Below are positions 20,568-28,985 of a stretch of DNA of 32,000 nt, in pieces. Within the stretch, counting starts at the first letter, position 1. Every line of letters starts with the position of its first letter. Under the pieces are notes generated by a model, which worked only from the letters and a program-made list of their open reading frames with translations, was not told the origin of the DNA and made no database searches. The position numbers were made by a program, and so were the translations under genes. The stretch comes from Pasteurella multocida (lineage in GTDB: Bacteria > Pseudomonadota > Gammaproteobacteria > Enterobacterales > Pasteurellaceae): positions 1,050,001-1,082,000 of the forward strand of contig NZ_LT906458.1 in the NCBI RefSeq assembly GCF_900187275.1, read 5' to 3'.

Positions 20568-23199
20568 CACGCAGGCACAAACACATAGCACAATACCTGC
20601 TCATTTAAAACAAGTCAGACGTATTTCACCTTTTTGGTTACTGCCTTTTGTTGCCCTTTGTATTGGTGCAATCTTATTTTTCCAAATCATCCAAGAACAA
20701 GGACATACCATTCGCATCACTTTTGCCAATGGTGAAGGACTGGTCGCAGGAAAAACGCAAGTTCGTTACCAAGGTTTACAAATCGGGGTTGTTAAGAAAG
20801 TCAACTTTACGAAAGACTTAAAGCAGGTTGAAGTAGTAGCTAACATTTATCCTGAAGCCAAGACTGTATTACGTAAGAACACAAAATTTTGGTTGGTCAA
20901 ACCCAGTGCGTCTTTAGCTGGTATTTCAGGCATAGATGCGCTCGTTTCTGGTAACTATATTACTTTGCAACCCGGTGATGGGGAAAATGAAGATGAATTT
21001 ATCGCCGAAACAGAAGGACCAATCGCCCAAGTGGATGATGGCGATTTATTAGTGCACTTACTTGCCGATGATCTTGGGTCAATTTCCATTGGCGCATCAG
21101 TCTATTTTAAAAAGTTACCGGTTGGGAAAGTGTATGATTATCGCTTTGTTGAAGACGGTAAAAAAGTCTCAATTAACATTGTGGTTGATAAGGCCTATGC
21201 ACATTTTGTCAAGAAAGACAGCCACTTCTGGAATATTAGCGGGATCGATGCACAAATTGGTCTATCCGGCATTAACATTAACGTAGATAGCCTCAATGCG
21301 ATTGTACAAGGTGCGGTCGCCTTTGACTCGCCGGCAAATAGCGAACAAGCCGAAAGCCATGACAAATTCACACTTTATGCTAATTTTAATGCGGCTAAAC
21401 GCGGTATCGTCATTGACGTCAATATTCCTCATACCACGGGCTTACAAACAGGACAAACTGGGGTTTATCATCAAAACAAACAAATTGGTGTGCTATCTGA
21501 ATTAACCTCTGTTGAAGATCAACCTGCTTTATTACAAGGTAAGCTCTTAATTGACCCCATGTTATCGGAATTATTCACGAGCAAAACGCATATTGTCTTA
21601 CGCAATAAAAAACCGGGCTTAGCGGATCTAACGAATCTTCCACAACTTCTTCGTGGTGAATATTTTGAAATACTTGCGGCAGCAGGCGAACCTCAAACCG
21701 CCTTCACAGTAATTAAAGAAAATGAGCTTTTATTGCAACAACCTAATACTTTGGTTCTCACTTTAAGCGCACCGGAAACCTACGGGGTCAGTGAAGGACA
21801 AGCTGTCTATTATAACGATGTCACTATAGGTGAAATTATTCAACAAGATCTCAATGTTGATGGTGTGAATTTCAAAGTGGCTATTGCAGAAAAATATCGT
21901 CATCTGATTCATCAAGATAGTCAGTTTATTGCAGCATCCCAATTGGATATCAACATCGATGCGAATGGTTTACGTTTTGAAGCGGCTTCACCAGAAAAAT
22001 GGCTACAAGGAGGAGTGCGTGTACTCGCAGGCAAACAAAAAGAAGGACAGCCTCTTACCCACTATCCATTGTATAAAGATATCTCTCATGCGCAGGTCGG
22101 CATTACCGATGCCAATTTAACACCGACACTGACCTTAAGCTCAGAGAGATTACCCAATATCAATGCGGGCTCCGTCGTATTATATCGCCAATATGAAGTC
22201 GGTAAGATTTTAGATGTCCGACCAAAAGCCAATACATTTGAGGTCGATGTTTTTATTTATCCAAAATATCAAACATTATTGACCCATAAAAGTGTCTTCT
22301 GGGTAGAAAGTGCTGCGAAAGTCGATATCAGTACACAGGGGGTAAGTATTCAGGCGACCCCAATTTCACGCGCTTTAAAAGGCGCAATCAGCTTTGATAA
22401 TATCGGGCATACTGGCTCGAAAACACTTTATCCAAATGAGTTACGGGCGAAATCTGCTGGACAACAACTAACGTTTATTACCGAAGATGCGACGAATTTA
22501 AGTCAAGGTATGCCGTTACGCTATCTTGGTCTCAATATCGGTGAAATCGCCACAGTAAACTTGGATACGAAAAGTAATAAAGTGATCGCAAAAGCGTTGA
22601 TTAACCCACAATACATGTCATTGATCGCCAAAGAAGGCAGCCGTTTTACGTTGATATCTCCTCAAATTTCTGCGGCGAGCATTGAAAACTTAGAGAGTTT
22701 ACTCCAACCCTATATTGATGTTGAAATCGGTCAAGGCAAAGGAAAAACACAGTTTACATTGGTACAATCTGCTCCTCGTAGCAATAATAAATATACCCAA
22801 GGCTTGCCATTGGTGTTAGAAACCCATGATGCGTTGAATATTACCGTAGGCTCACCGATCCTCTATCGTGGCGTTGAGGTAGGAAAAATCAACCATATCA
22901 CGTTAAATGAACTCGGTGATCGTGTCTTTGTGCATATTATTATTGCGCGAAAATACCAGCATCTTGTCCGTCAAAATTCAGAATTTTGGATTGCCGCTGG
23001 CTATGATTTTAATTTCAGTTTACGCGGTGCAGAAGTCAATACAGGATCAGTACAACAATTATTAAAAGGTGGAATTGCTTTTTCTACACCCGCGAGCACA
23101 GTGATTCAACCTGTCGCAAAAGCAAATCAACATTTTTTACTGCAAGTAAAACGTCCTCAAGATGCGCAACAATGGAATTCGGGTGCCTTACCAAAATAA
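20545..23199 (+). CDS. letB: Multi-MCE-domain lipophilic envelope-spanning tunnel protein, LetB (YebT) type
   Basis: I prefer ATG 20545 (GGAA 6 nt upstream) over the tool's TTG at 20518. That gives about 884 aa. The N-terminal RRISPFWLLPF anchor matches YebT. The length fits the 7-MCE LetB (877 aa in E. coli) rather than the 3-MCE PqiB (546 aa). No pqiC-like gene follows. Confidence 0.85.
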   Translation: MTNKQHDNTQAQTHSTIPAHLKQVRRISPFWLLPFVALCIGAILFFQIIQEQGHTIRITFANGEGLVAGKTQVRYQGLQIGVVKKVNFTKDLKQVEVVANIYPEAKTVLRKNTKFWLVKPSASLAGISGIDALVSGNYITLQPGDGENEDEFIAETEGPIAQVDDGDLLVHLLADDLGSISIGASVYFKKLPVGKVYDYRFVEDGKKVSINIVVDKAYAHFVKKDSHFWNISGIDAQIGLSGININVDSLNAIVQGAVAFDSPANSEQAESHDKFTLYANFNAAKRGIVIDVNIPHTTGLQTGQTGVYHQNKQIGVLSELTSVEDQPALLQGKLLIDPMLSELFTSKTHIVLRNKKPGLADLTNLPQLLRGEYFEILAAAGEPQTAFTVIKENELLLQQPNTLVLTLSAPETYGVSEGQAVYYNDVTIGEIIQQDLNVDGVNFKVAIAEKYRHLIHQDSQFIAASQLDINIDANGLRFEAASPEKWLQGGVRVLAGKQKEGQPLTHYPLYKDISHAQVGITDANLTPTLTLSSERLPNINAGSVVLYRQYEVGKILDVRPKANTFEVDVFIYPKYQTLLTHKSVFWVESAAKVDISTQGVSIQATPISRALKGAISFDNIGHTGSKTLYPNELRAKSAGQQLTFITEDATNLSQGMPLRYLGLNIGEIATVNLDTKSNKVIAKALINPQYMSLIAKEGSRFTLISPQISAASIENLESLLQPYIDVEIGQGKGKTQFTLVQSAPRSNNKYTQGLPLVLETHDALNITVGSPILYRGVEVGKINHITLNELGDRVFVHIIIARKYQHLVRQNSEFWIAAGYDFNFSLRGAEVNTGSVQQLLKGGIAFSTPASTVIQPVAKANQHFLLQVKRPQDAQQWNSGALPK

Positions 23200-23208
23200 A
23201 CGAAAAAA

Positions 23209-23238
23209 ATACCGCACTTTTATCCTCAAGTGCGGTAT
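23209..23238. terminator. Inverted USS pair terminator between convergent letB and pepT
   Basis: ATACCGCACTT (23209-23219) and AAGTGCGGTAT (23228-23238), with an A-tract upstream and GTTTAT downstream. Confidence 0.7.
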
Positions 23239-23265
23239 GTTTATCTGTAATTTTTTCTGATCTAT

Positions 23266-24504
23266 TTAGCTTGTCGCCAGTCTGACAATCGTCGTTATCA
23301 CATTGACGGCACTTTGCATCCCCTCCAAAGTAATTAACTCATGTTTACTGTGAAAATTATATCCCCCCGTAAACACATTTGGGCAAGCTAATCCCTGTTC
23401 CGCTAACCAAGCGCCATCGGTGCCCCCACGAATTGCTTTATGAATCGGCTCAATGCCACATTCTCGCATCGCGCTATCCGCCAATTCAACGGATTGTGGC
23501 ACGGTTTTCACGACTTCATTCATGTTCTTATAACTGTCTTTAATTTCAAGTGTGATTGGCTTTTTTAAACGTTTTTGTTGATTAAACCGGTCAACAAGCT
23601 GCTGAATAAAAATTTTACGTTGCTCAAATCCGCCCCTGTCGAAATCCCGAATTAAATACTGCAATTCCACTTTTTCCACATGTCCGGTAAAGTGACTAAG
23701 ATGGTAAAACCCCTGTTTCCCTTCTGTTTGCTCTGGTGTTTCCTCTGCTGGAAAACCTTGCTGAAATTCACAAGCAAGCGTAAGCGCATTAATCATTTTG
23801 TCTTTTGCCGATCCTGTGTGCATATTTACACCTTCAATCGTCACAATCGCCGTCGCGGCATTAAAGTTTTCATACTCTAATTCGCCGACTTCACCACCAT
23901 CAATAGTATAAGCCCAATCGCACGGAAATTTTTCTACAGGAAAAAATTGCATCCCCAAACCAATTTCTTCATCCGGCGTAAAGGCAACACGAATGTTACA
24001 ATGCGGTAAATTTTCTTCTTTTAATACCGCAAGTGCGGTCATAATTTCTGCAATACCAGCTTTATTATCCGCACCTAGTAAAGTATTGCCATCAGCAACC
24101 ACTAACGTTTTCCCAATCAGTTGATGTAAAAATTGATAATGCGCAGGGCTAATAAACTCCTCGCCCACCCCTAGCGCAATATCGCCACCACGGTAATTTT
24201 CAATCACTTCGGCTTGCACATTTTTACCGCTACATTGTGTTGCTGTATCTAAATGCGCAATGAAACCAATGGTTGGCGAATCTGGATTGACATTGGAAGG
24301 AAGAAAAGCTGTCACAACGGAATGTTTAGAGATGTCAATATCTTGTAAACCGAGGGCGAATAATTCCTGTTGTAAATGCTTGGCAAGCTTTAATTGTCCC
24401 GCTGAGCTCGGGGATATTTTCGCCCCGCTTTTCGACTGGGTATCATAGGTGGTATAGTGTAAAAAGCGTTCTAATAGCTTATAGGTTTGCTGTTGGTTTA
24501 ACAT
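23266..24504 (-). CDS. pepT: Peptidase T (tripeptide aminopeptidase, M20B)
   Basis: 412 aa, colinear with E. coli PepT as recalled (LLERFL.Y...DTQS, GADDKAGIAEIMTALAVL, RGGTDGA, FTGGYN.H). Confidence 0.95.
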   Translation of the reverse strand: MLNQQQTYKLLERFLHYTTYDTQSKSGAKISPSSAGQLKLAKHLQQELFALGLQDIDISKHSVVTAFLPSNVNPDSPTIGFIAHLDTATQCSGKNVQAEVIENYRGGDIALGVGEEFISPAHYQFLHQLIGKTLVVADGNTLLGADNKAGIAEIMTALAVLKEENLPHCNIRVAFTPDEEIGLGMQFFPVEKFPCDWAYTIDGGEVGELEYENFNAATAIVTIEGVNMHTGSAKDKMINALTLACEFQQGFPAEETPEQTEGKQGFYHLSHFTGHVEKVELQYLIRDFDRGGFEQRKIFIQQLVDRFNQQKRLKKPITLEIKDSYKNMNEVVKTVPQSVELADSAMRECGIEPIHKAIRGGTDGAWLAEQGLACPNVFTGGYNFHSKHELITLEGMQSAVNVITTIVRLATS

Positions 24505-24747
24505 AAAACTGGCTCGCTGATAAAAGAATGGTTTCAGTCTAACGACAAATCATCTGAGCTTCATTGACATATCACAACTTTTCGCTTTAATTTTGTGAAA
24601 ACCCTAGCTTTCTTATACAAGCCTAAAACACTCGCTACACAACACCACATCTCATAAAAAATCATGTCACACTCTCTTTTAAATTTTTTACAAAATCCCT
24701 TTTATTTATTGAACAATAGCTATATCATTAGCATTTATTTTTTAACC

Positions 24748-24780
24748 GTAAGTGCCAACAGCTTTTCTGTTGGCATTTAT
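24748..24780 (+). terminator. Terminator-like hairpin in the region upstream of potA
   Basis: TGCCAACAG (24753-24761) and CTGTTGGCA (24767-24775) with a 5-nt loop. The stem extends through A-U and G-U pairs to 24748/24780. It is followed by TTTATTTCT and ends 48 nt before the potA start. Confidence 0.5.
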
Positions 24781-24827
24781 TTCTACTCAATACCAAAATT
24801 GGTACATTAGGGAGAAAACCAAAGCTA

Positions 24828-25940
24828 GTGGAAAGTTCAGTTCAAAACAAGCCTATTATTGAGCTTCGTTCTATTACTAAATCTTATGGTGATAAAACTA
24901 TCATTGAAAACTTTAACTTAACAATCAACAATGGTGAGTTTTTAACCATTCTTGGTCCTTCAGGTTGTGGTAAATCGACAGTTTTACGTTTACTTGCAGG
25001 GTTAGAAGAATTAGATTCAGGCAATATTATTCTTGACGGAGAGGACATTACTCATGTCCCTGCAGAACAGCGTCACGTCAATACTGTTTTCCAAAGTTAT
25101 GCCTTATTCCCACATATGACAATTTTTGAAAATGTGGCATTTGGCTTACGCATGCAAAAAGTACCGAATGAGGAAATTAAACCTCGCGTGTTAGAAGCAT
25201 TACGTATGGTACAACTTGAAGAATATGCGTACAGTAAACCTGCTCAATTATCAGGTGGTCAACAACAACGTATTGCCATTGCGCGTGCGGTGGTTAACAA
25301 ACCGAAAGTGTTGCTACTGGATGAATCCCTTTCCGCATTAGATTATAAATTGCGTAAACAAATGCAAAATGAATTAAAGGCATTGCAACGCAAATTGGGC
25401 ATTACCTTTATTTTTGTGACTCACGATCAAGAAGAAGCTCTTACGATGTCTGATCGTATTATTGTGTTACGTAAAGGTCATATCCAACAAGATGGTTCCC
25501 CGCGTGAAATTTATGAAGAGCCAAAAAATCTGTTTGTTGCCAAATTTATTGGTGAAATCAATATCTTCAATGCAACGGTATTAACGCGTGTCGATGAGAA
25601 ACGTGTTCGCGCCAATGTGGAAGGACGCGTTTGCGATATTTATACCAATCTTGATGTTGTTGCTGAGCAAAAACTCAAAGTTTTATTACGCCCGGAAGAT
25701 ATCTTAATTGAAGAATTGGATGAAAACCAAAGTTCAAAAGCGATTATTGGTCACGTGGCAGATCGTAACTATAAAGGAATGACGTTAGAATCAAACATCA
25801 CGCTAGACCATAATGGAATGACCGTGCTTGTTAGCGAATTCTTTAACGAAGACGATCCAAATATCGATCACTCTTTAGGTCAAAAAGTGGCATTAACATG
25901 GCACGAAGGCTGGGAGGTAGTGTTGAGCGATGAAGAATAA
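24828..25940 (+). CDS. potA: Spermidine/putrescine ABC transporter ATPase
   Basis: 370 aa with a GTG start, the only start available in frame. Walker A (GPSGCGKST), LSGGQQQR and Walker B (LLLDE) are present. Long identical stretches to E. coli PotA as recalled. Confidence 0.95.
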   Translation: MESSVQNKPIIELRSITKSYGDKTIIENFNLTINNGEFLTILGPSGCGKSTVLRLLAGLEELDSGNIILDGEDITHVPAEQRHVNTVFQSYALFPHMTIFENVAFGLRMQKVPNEEIKPRVLEALRMVQLEEYAYSKPAQLSGGQQQRIAIARAVVNKPKVLLLDESLSALDYKLRKQMQNELKALQRKLGITFIFVTHDQEEALTMSDRIIVLRKGHIQQDGSPREIYEEPKNLFVAKFIGEINIFNATVLTRVDEKRVRANVEGRVCDIYTNLDVVAEQKLKVLLRPEDILIEELDENQSSKAIIGHVADRNYKGMTLESNITLDHNGMTVLVSEFFNEDDPNIDHSLGQKVALTWHEGWEVVLSDEE

Positions 25941-26784
25941 CGCCTTTCAGAAATCAACCATTGGTGTCATCTTCGGGTGGTTGATTTTCTTTGTTCTTGC
26001 GCCAAACTTACTTGTGCTGATCGTGAGTTTTTTAACTCGCGATAGCAGTAATTTCTATGCGCTTCCTTTTACATTGGAAAACTATACACGCTTATTTGAG
26101 CCGCTATATGCGCAAGTGGTATGGAATTCCTTATATATGTCGGGTTTAGCCACCTTAGTGTGTCTGATTATCGGCTATCCTTTTGCCTTTTTATTAACCA
26201 AAATTAACCCGAAATACCGTCCATTTTTACTGTTTTTAGTGGTGTTACCTTTCTGGACCAACTCCCTAATTCGTATTTATGGTATGAAAATTTTCTTAGG
26301 GGTCAAAGGGATTTTAAATAGCACACTCATGTCCATTGGCTTAATTGATACGCCTATCCGTATTTTGAATACAGAAGTCGCGGTCATCATTGGTTTAGTG
26401 TATTTATTGCTGCCATTTATGATTTTGCCACTTTATGCCTCTATTGAAAAATTGGATTATCGCTTACTGGAAGCGGCAAAAGATCTGGGTGCTACTGCAT
26501 TCCAACGCTTTATCAAAGTGATTATTCCGCTCACGATGCCGGGTATTATCGCAGGTTGTTTATTAGTGCTTTTACCAGCCATGGGGATGTTCTATGTCGC
26601 TGATTTATTAGGCGGTGCCAAAGTCCTCTTAGTGGGTAACGTGATTAAGAGTGAATTCTTGATCTCACGTAACTGGCCGTTTGGTTCTGCAATCAGCATT
26701 GGATTAACTATCCTGATGGCATTACTGATCTTTGTTTACTACAAAGCCAGCAAATTAATGAATAAGAAAATGGAGTTGGAATAA
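25930..26784 (+). CDS. potB: Spermidine/putrescine ABC transporter permease
   Basis: 284 aa with the EAA loop (EAAKDLGAT). 11-nt overlap with potA. GGGAGG SD is present. Confidence 0.93.
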   Translation: MKNNAFQKSTIGVIFGWLIFFVLAPNLLVLIVSFLTRDSSNFYALPFTLENYTRLFEPLYAQVVWNSLYMSGLATLVCLIIGYPFAFLLTKINPKYRPFLLFLVVLPFWTNSLIRIYGMKIFLGVKGILNSTLMSIGLIDTPIRILNTEVAVIIGLVYLLLPFMILPLYASIEKLDYRLLEAAKDLGATAFQRFIKVIIPLTMPGIIAGCLLVLLPAMGMFYVADLLGGAKVLLVGNVIKSEFLISRNWPFGSAISIGLTILMALLIFVYYKASKLMNKKMELE

Positions 26785-27551
26785 TGGGCCGTTTACTACG
26801 CAATATTTTTATGTTTGTGGTCTATGCTTATTTGTATATTCCAATTGCAATCTTAGTCACAAACTCGTTTAACGATGATCGTTATGGCTTAACCTGGAAA
26901 GGCTTTAGTTGGAAATGGTATGAGCGTTTGTTTAGCAACGATACCTTAATTCAAGCAGCCATTCACTCTATTACCATTGCTTTCTTTGCCGCGACAGCAG
27001 CAACGATTATTGGTGGATTGACCGCGATTGCGCTTTACCGCTATCGTTTCCGTGGTAAACAAGCAGTTAGTGGGATGCTATTTATCGTCATGATGTCTCC
27101 AGATATTGTCATGGCAGTCTCTTTACTGGCACTGTTTATGATTGTGGGAATTAACTTAGGTTTTTGGTCATTATTACTCGCCCATATTACCTTCTGTTTG
27201 CCTTACGTGGTCGTCACCATTTTCTCAAGATTAAAAGGGTTTGATGCCAAAATGCTAGAGGCTGCCAAAGATCTGGGGGCGGGCGAGGTGACAATTTTAC
27301 GTAAAATTATTTTCCCACTGGCGCTGCCAGCTATCGTTTCAGGTTGGTTATTGAGCTTTACTATCTCACTGGATGATGTAGTGGTCTCCTCATTCGTGAG
27401 TGGCGTCAGCTATGAGATTTTACCATTGAAAATTTTCTCTTTGGTCAAAACAGGTGTCACCCCAGAAGTCAATGCATTGGCAACCATTATGATTATTCTT
27501 TCATTAGCTTTAGTCATTTTGAGCCAAGTGGTTGCGAGAAAAGACAAATAA
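26784..27551 (+). CDS. potC: Spermidine/putrescine ABC transporter permease
   Basis: 255 aa with the EAA loop (EAAKDLGAG). TAATG overlap with the potB stop. Confidence 0.93.
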   Translation: MGRLLRNIFMFVVYAYLYIPIAILVTNSFNDDRYGLTWKGFSWKWYERLFSNDTLIQAAIHSITIAFFAATAATIIGGLTAIALYRYRFRGKQAVSGMLFIVMMSPDIVMAVSLLALFMIVGINLGFWSLLLAHITFCLPYVVVTIFSRLKGFDAKMLEAAKDLGAGEVTILRKIIFPLALPAIVSGWLLSFTISLDDVVVSSFVSGVSYEILPLKIFSLVKTGVTPEVNALATIMIILSLALVILSQVVARKDK

Positions 27552-27573
27552 ATGTTGTCTTAAAAAATAATAC

Positions 27574-27602
27574 TTCACAAACAACCTAATACAAAATAGA
27601 AT
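27574..27602 (+). promoter_or_regulatory. Candidate sigma70 promoter for potD
   Basis: TTCACA (27574-27579), 17 bp spacer, TAGAAT (27597-27602). The predicted transcription start near 27609 falls inside the 5' arm of the adjacent terminator stem. Confidence 0.4.
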
Positions 27603-27632
27603 ACGCCTTGCCTTAAAACAAGGCGTTTTTTT
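27603..27632 (+). terminator. Intrinsic terminator between potC and potD
   Basis: ACGCCTTG (27603-27610) and CAAGGCGT (27619-27626) with an 8-nt loop, followed by six T residues. Confidence 0.75.
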
Positions 27633-27680
27633 ATGCTTCTTCAAGAAGAAATGATTACCCTCAACAGGAGAATGATAGAG

Positions 27681-28727
27681 ATGAAAAAATTTGCAGGTCT
27701 TGTGACTGCAGGGATCATGACATTCGGCTTAGCCGCAAATGCACATGCAACCAATGACACTGTTTACCTTTATACTTGGACAGAATACGTTCCAGATGGT
27801 TTATTAGATGACTTCACAAAAGAAACGGGCATCAAAGTTATCGTTTCAAGCTTAGAATCAAACGAAACCATGTACGCCAAATTAAAGACACAAGGCGAAA
27901 CCAGTGGTTATGATGTGATTGCACCATCAAACTATTTTGTGTCTAAAATGGCGCGTGAAGGTATGTTAAAAGAGCTAGACCACAGCAAATTACCTGTTAT
28001 CAAAGACTTAAACCCTGATTGGTTGGATAAGCCTTATGATAAAGGCAACAAATACTCCTTGCCTCAGCTATTAGGTGCACCGGGTATTGCATTTAATACC
28101 GATAGCTATAAAGGTGAAAACTTTACTGCTTGGGGTGATTTATGGAAACCTGAATTTAAAGGGAAAGTCCAATTATTAGATGACGCACGCGAAGTGTTTA
28201 ATATTGCACTGTTAAAATTGGGTCAAGATCCAAATACTACGGATCCCGCAATCATTAAACAAGCTTATGAAGAGCTGTTAAAATTACGTCCAAACGTATT
28301 GTCATTTAACTCAGATAACCCAGCGAACTCATTTATTTCAGGTGAGGTGGAAGTGGGTCAATTATGGAATGGCTCAGTCCGTATTGCGAAAAAAGAACAA
28401 GCGCCGTTAAACATGGTTTTCCCGAAAGAAGGTCCTGTACTTTGGGTGGATACCTTAGCTATTCCAGCTAACTCAAAAAATCCTGATGGTGCACACAAAT
28501 TAATTAACTATTTATTAAGTGCAAAAGTTGCTGCACAGTTAGCAGAAGAAATTGGTTACCCAACATCAAACTTAAAAGCACTTGAATTATTGCCAAGCGA
28601 AGTGACGCAAGATCCGGCAGTTTATCCAACGGCTGAAATTCTACAAAATAGCCACTGGCAAGATGATGTAGGTGATGCGGTTGAATTATACGAAAACTAT
28701 TATCAACAATTAAAAGCGGCTAAATAA
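27681..28727 (+). CDS. potD: Spermidine/putrescine-binding periplasmic protein (copy 1)
   Basis: Start moved to ATG 27681 (AGGAG 10 nt upstream), giving signal peptide MKKFAGLVTAGIMTFGLAANAHA. Colinear with E. coli PotD, including WTEY, DDAREVF, WNGS, LW.D and IGYPT.N. Confidence 0.93.
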   Translation: MKKFAGLVTAGIMTFGLAANAHATNDTVYLYTWTEYVPDGLLDDFTKETGIKVIVSSLESNETMYAKLKTQGETSGYDVIAPSNYFVSKMAREGMLKELDHSKLPVIKDLNPDWLDKPYDKGNKYSLPQLLGAPGIAFNTDSYKGENFTAWGDLWKPEFKGKVQLLDDAREVFNIALLKLGQDPNTTDPAIIKQAYEELLKLRPNVLSFNSDNPANSFISGEVEVGQLWNGSVRIAKKEQAPLNMVFPKEGPVLWVDTLAIPANSKNPDGAHKLINYLLSAKVAAQLAEEIGYPTSNLKALELLPSEVTQDPAVYPTAEILQNSHWQDDVGDAVELYENYYQQLKAAK

Positions 28728-28753
28728 TCGCGTTTTTATCATCCATAAACAGC

Positions 28754-28794
28754 AAGTGCGGTCAAAAAAATACAAATTTTGACCGCACTTTTTT
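28754..28794 (+). terminator. Inverted USS pair terminator after potD copy 1
   Basis: AAGTGCGGTC (28754-28763) and GACCGCACTT (28781-28790), followed by TTTTT. Confidence 0.75.
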
Positions 28795-28864
28795 ACTCTT
28801 TTATCTTATGCAATTCACTTCTCATGACATGCATTTTTAAGCAAAAATTTTATATAACAATTCA

Positions 28865-28893
28865 TTTACAAGTGCGATTTTATGTCCTAAAAT
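28865..28893 (+). promoter_or_regulatory. Candidate sigma70 promoter for the second potD paralog
   Basis: TTTACA (28865-28870), 17 bp spacer, TAAAAT (28888-28893). This leaves a leader of about 85 nt before ATG 28986. Confidence 0.55.
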
Positions 28894-28985
28894 CCGTCTT
28901 TGTCCGTACCCATTCGGCATCTTCAGGTCAGTAAACGCCCTCGTTTTACTGGCATATTTTCACCCATTTTCTGGGAGCAATGTGA

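Noticed and set aside
24565-24578. FNR-like site TTGAC-ATAT-CACAA about 43 bp upstream of a guessed pepT transcription start (pepT is FNR-dependent in enterics)
   Set aside because: It matches TTGAT-N4-ATCAA at only 7 of 10 positions in AT-rich DNA. The spacing argument rests on a weak, guessed -10 (TAGACT). I cannot support it from sequence alone.
28980-28985. ATG-TGA mini-ORF immediately before the second potD start
   Set aside because: The GGGAG SD is only 2 nt from this ATG but 8 nt from ATG 28986. It is most simply a coincidence of the spacer sequence.
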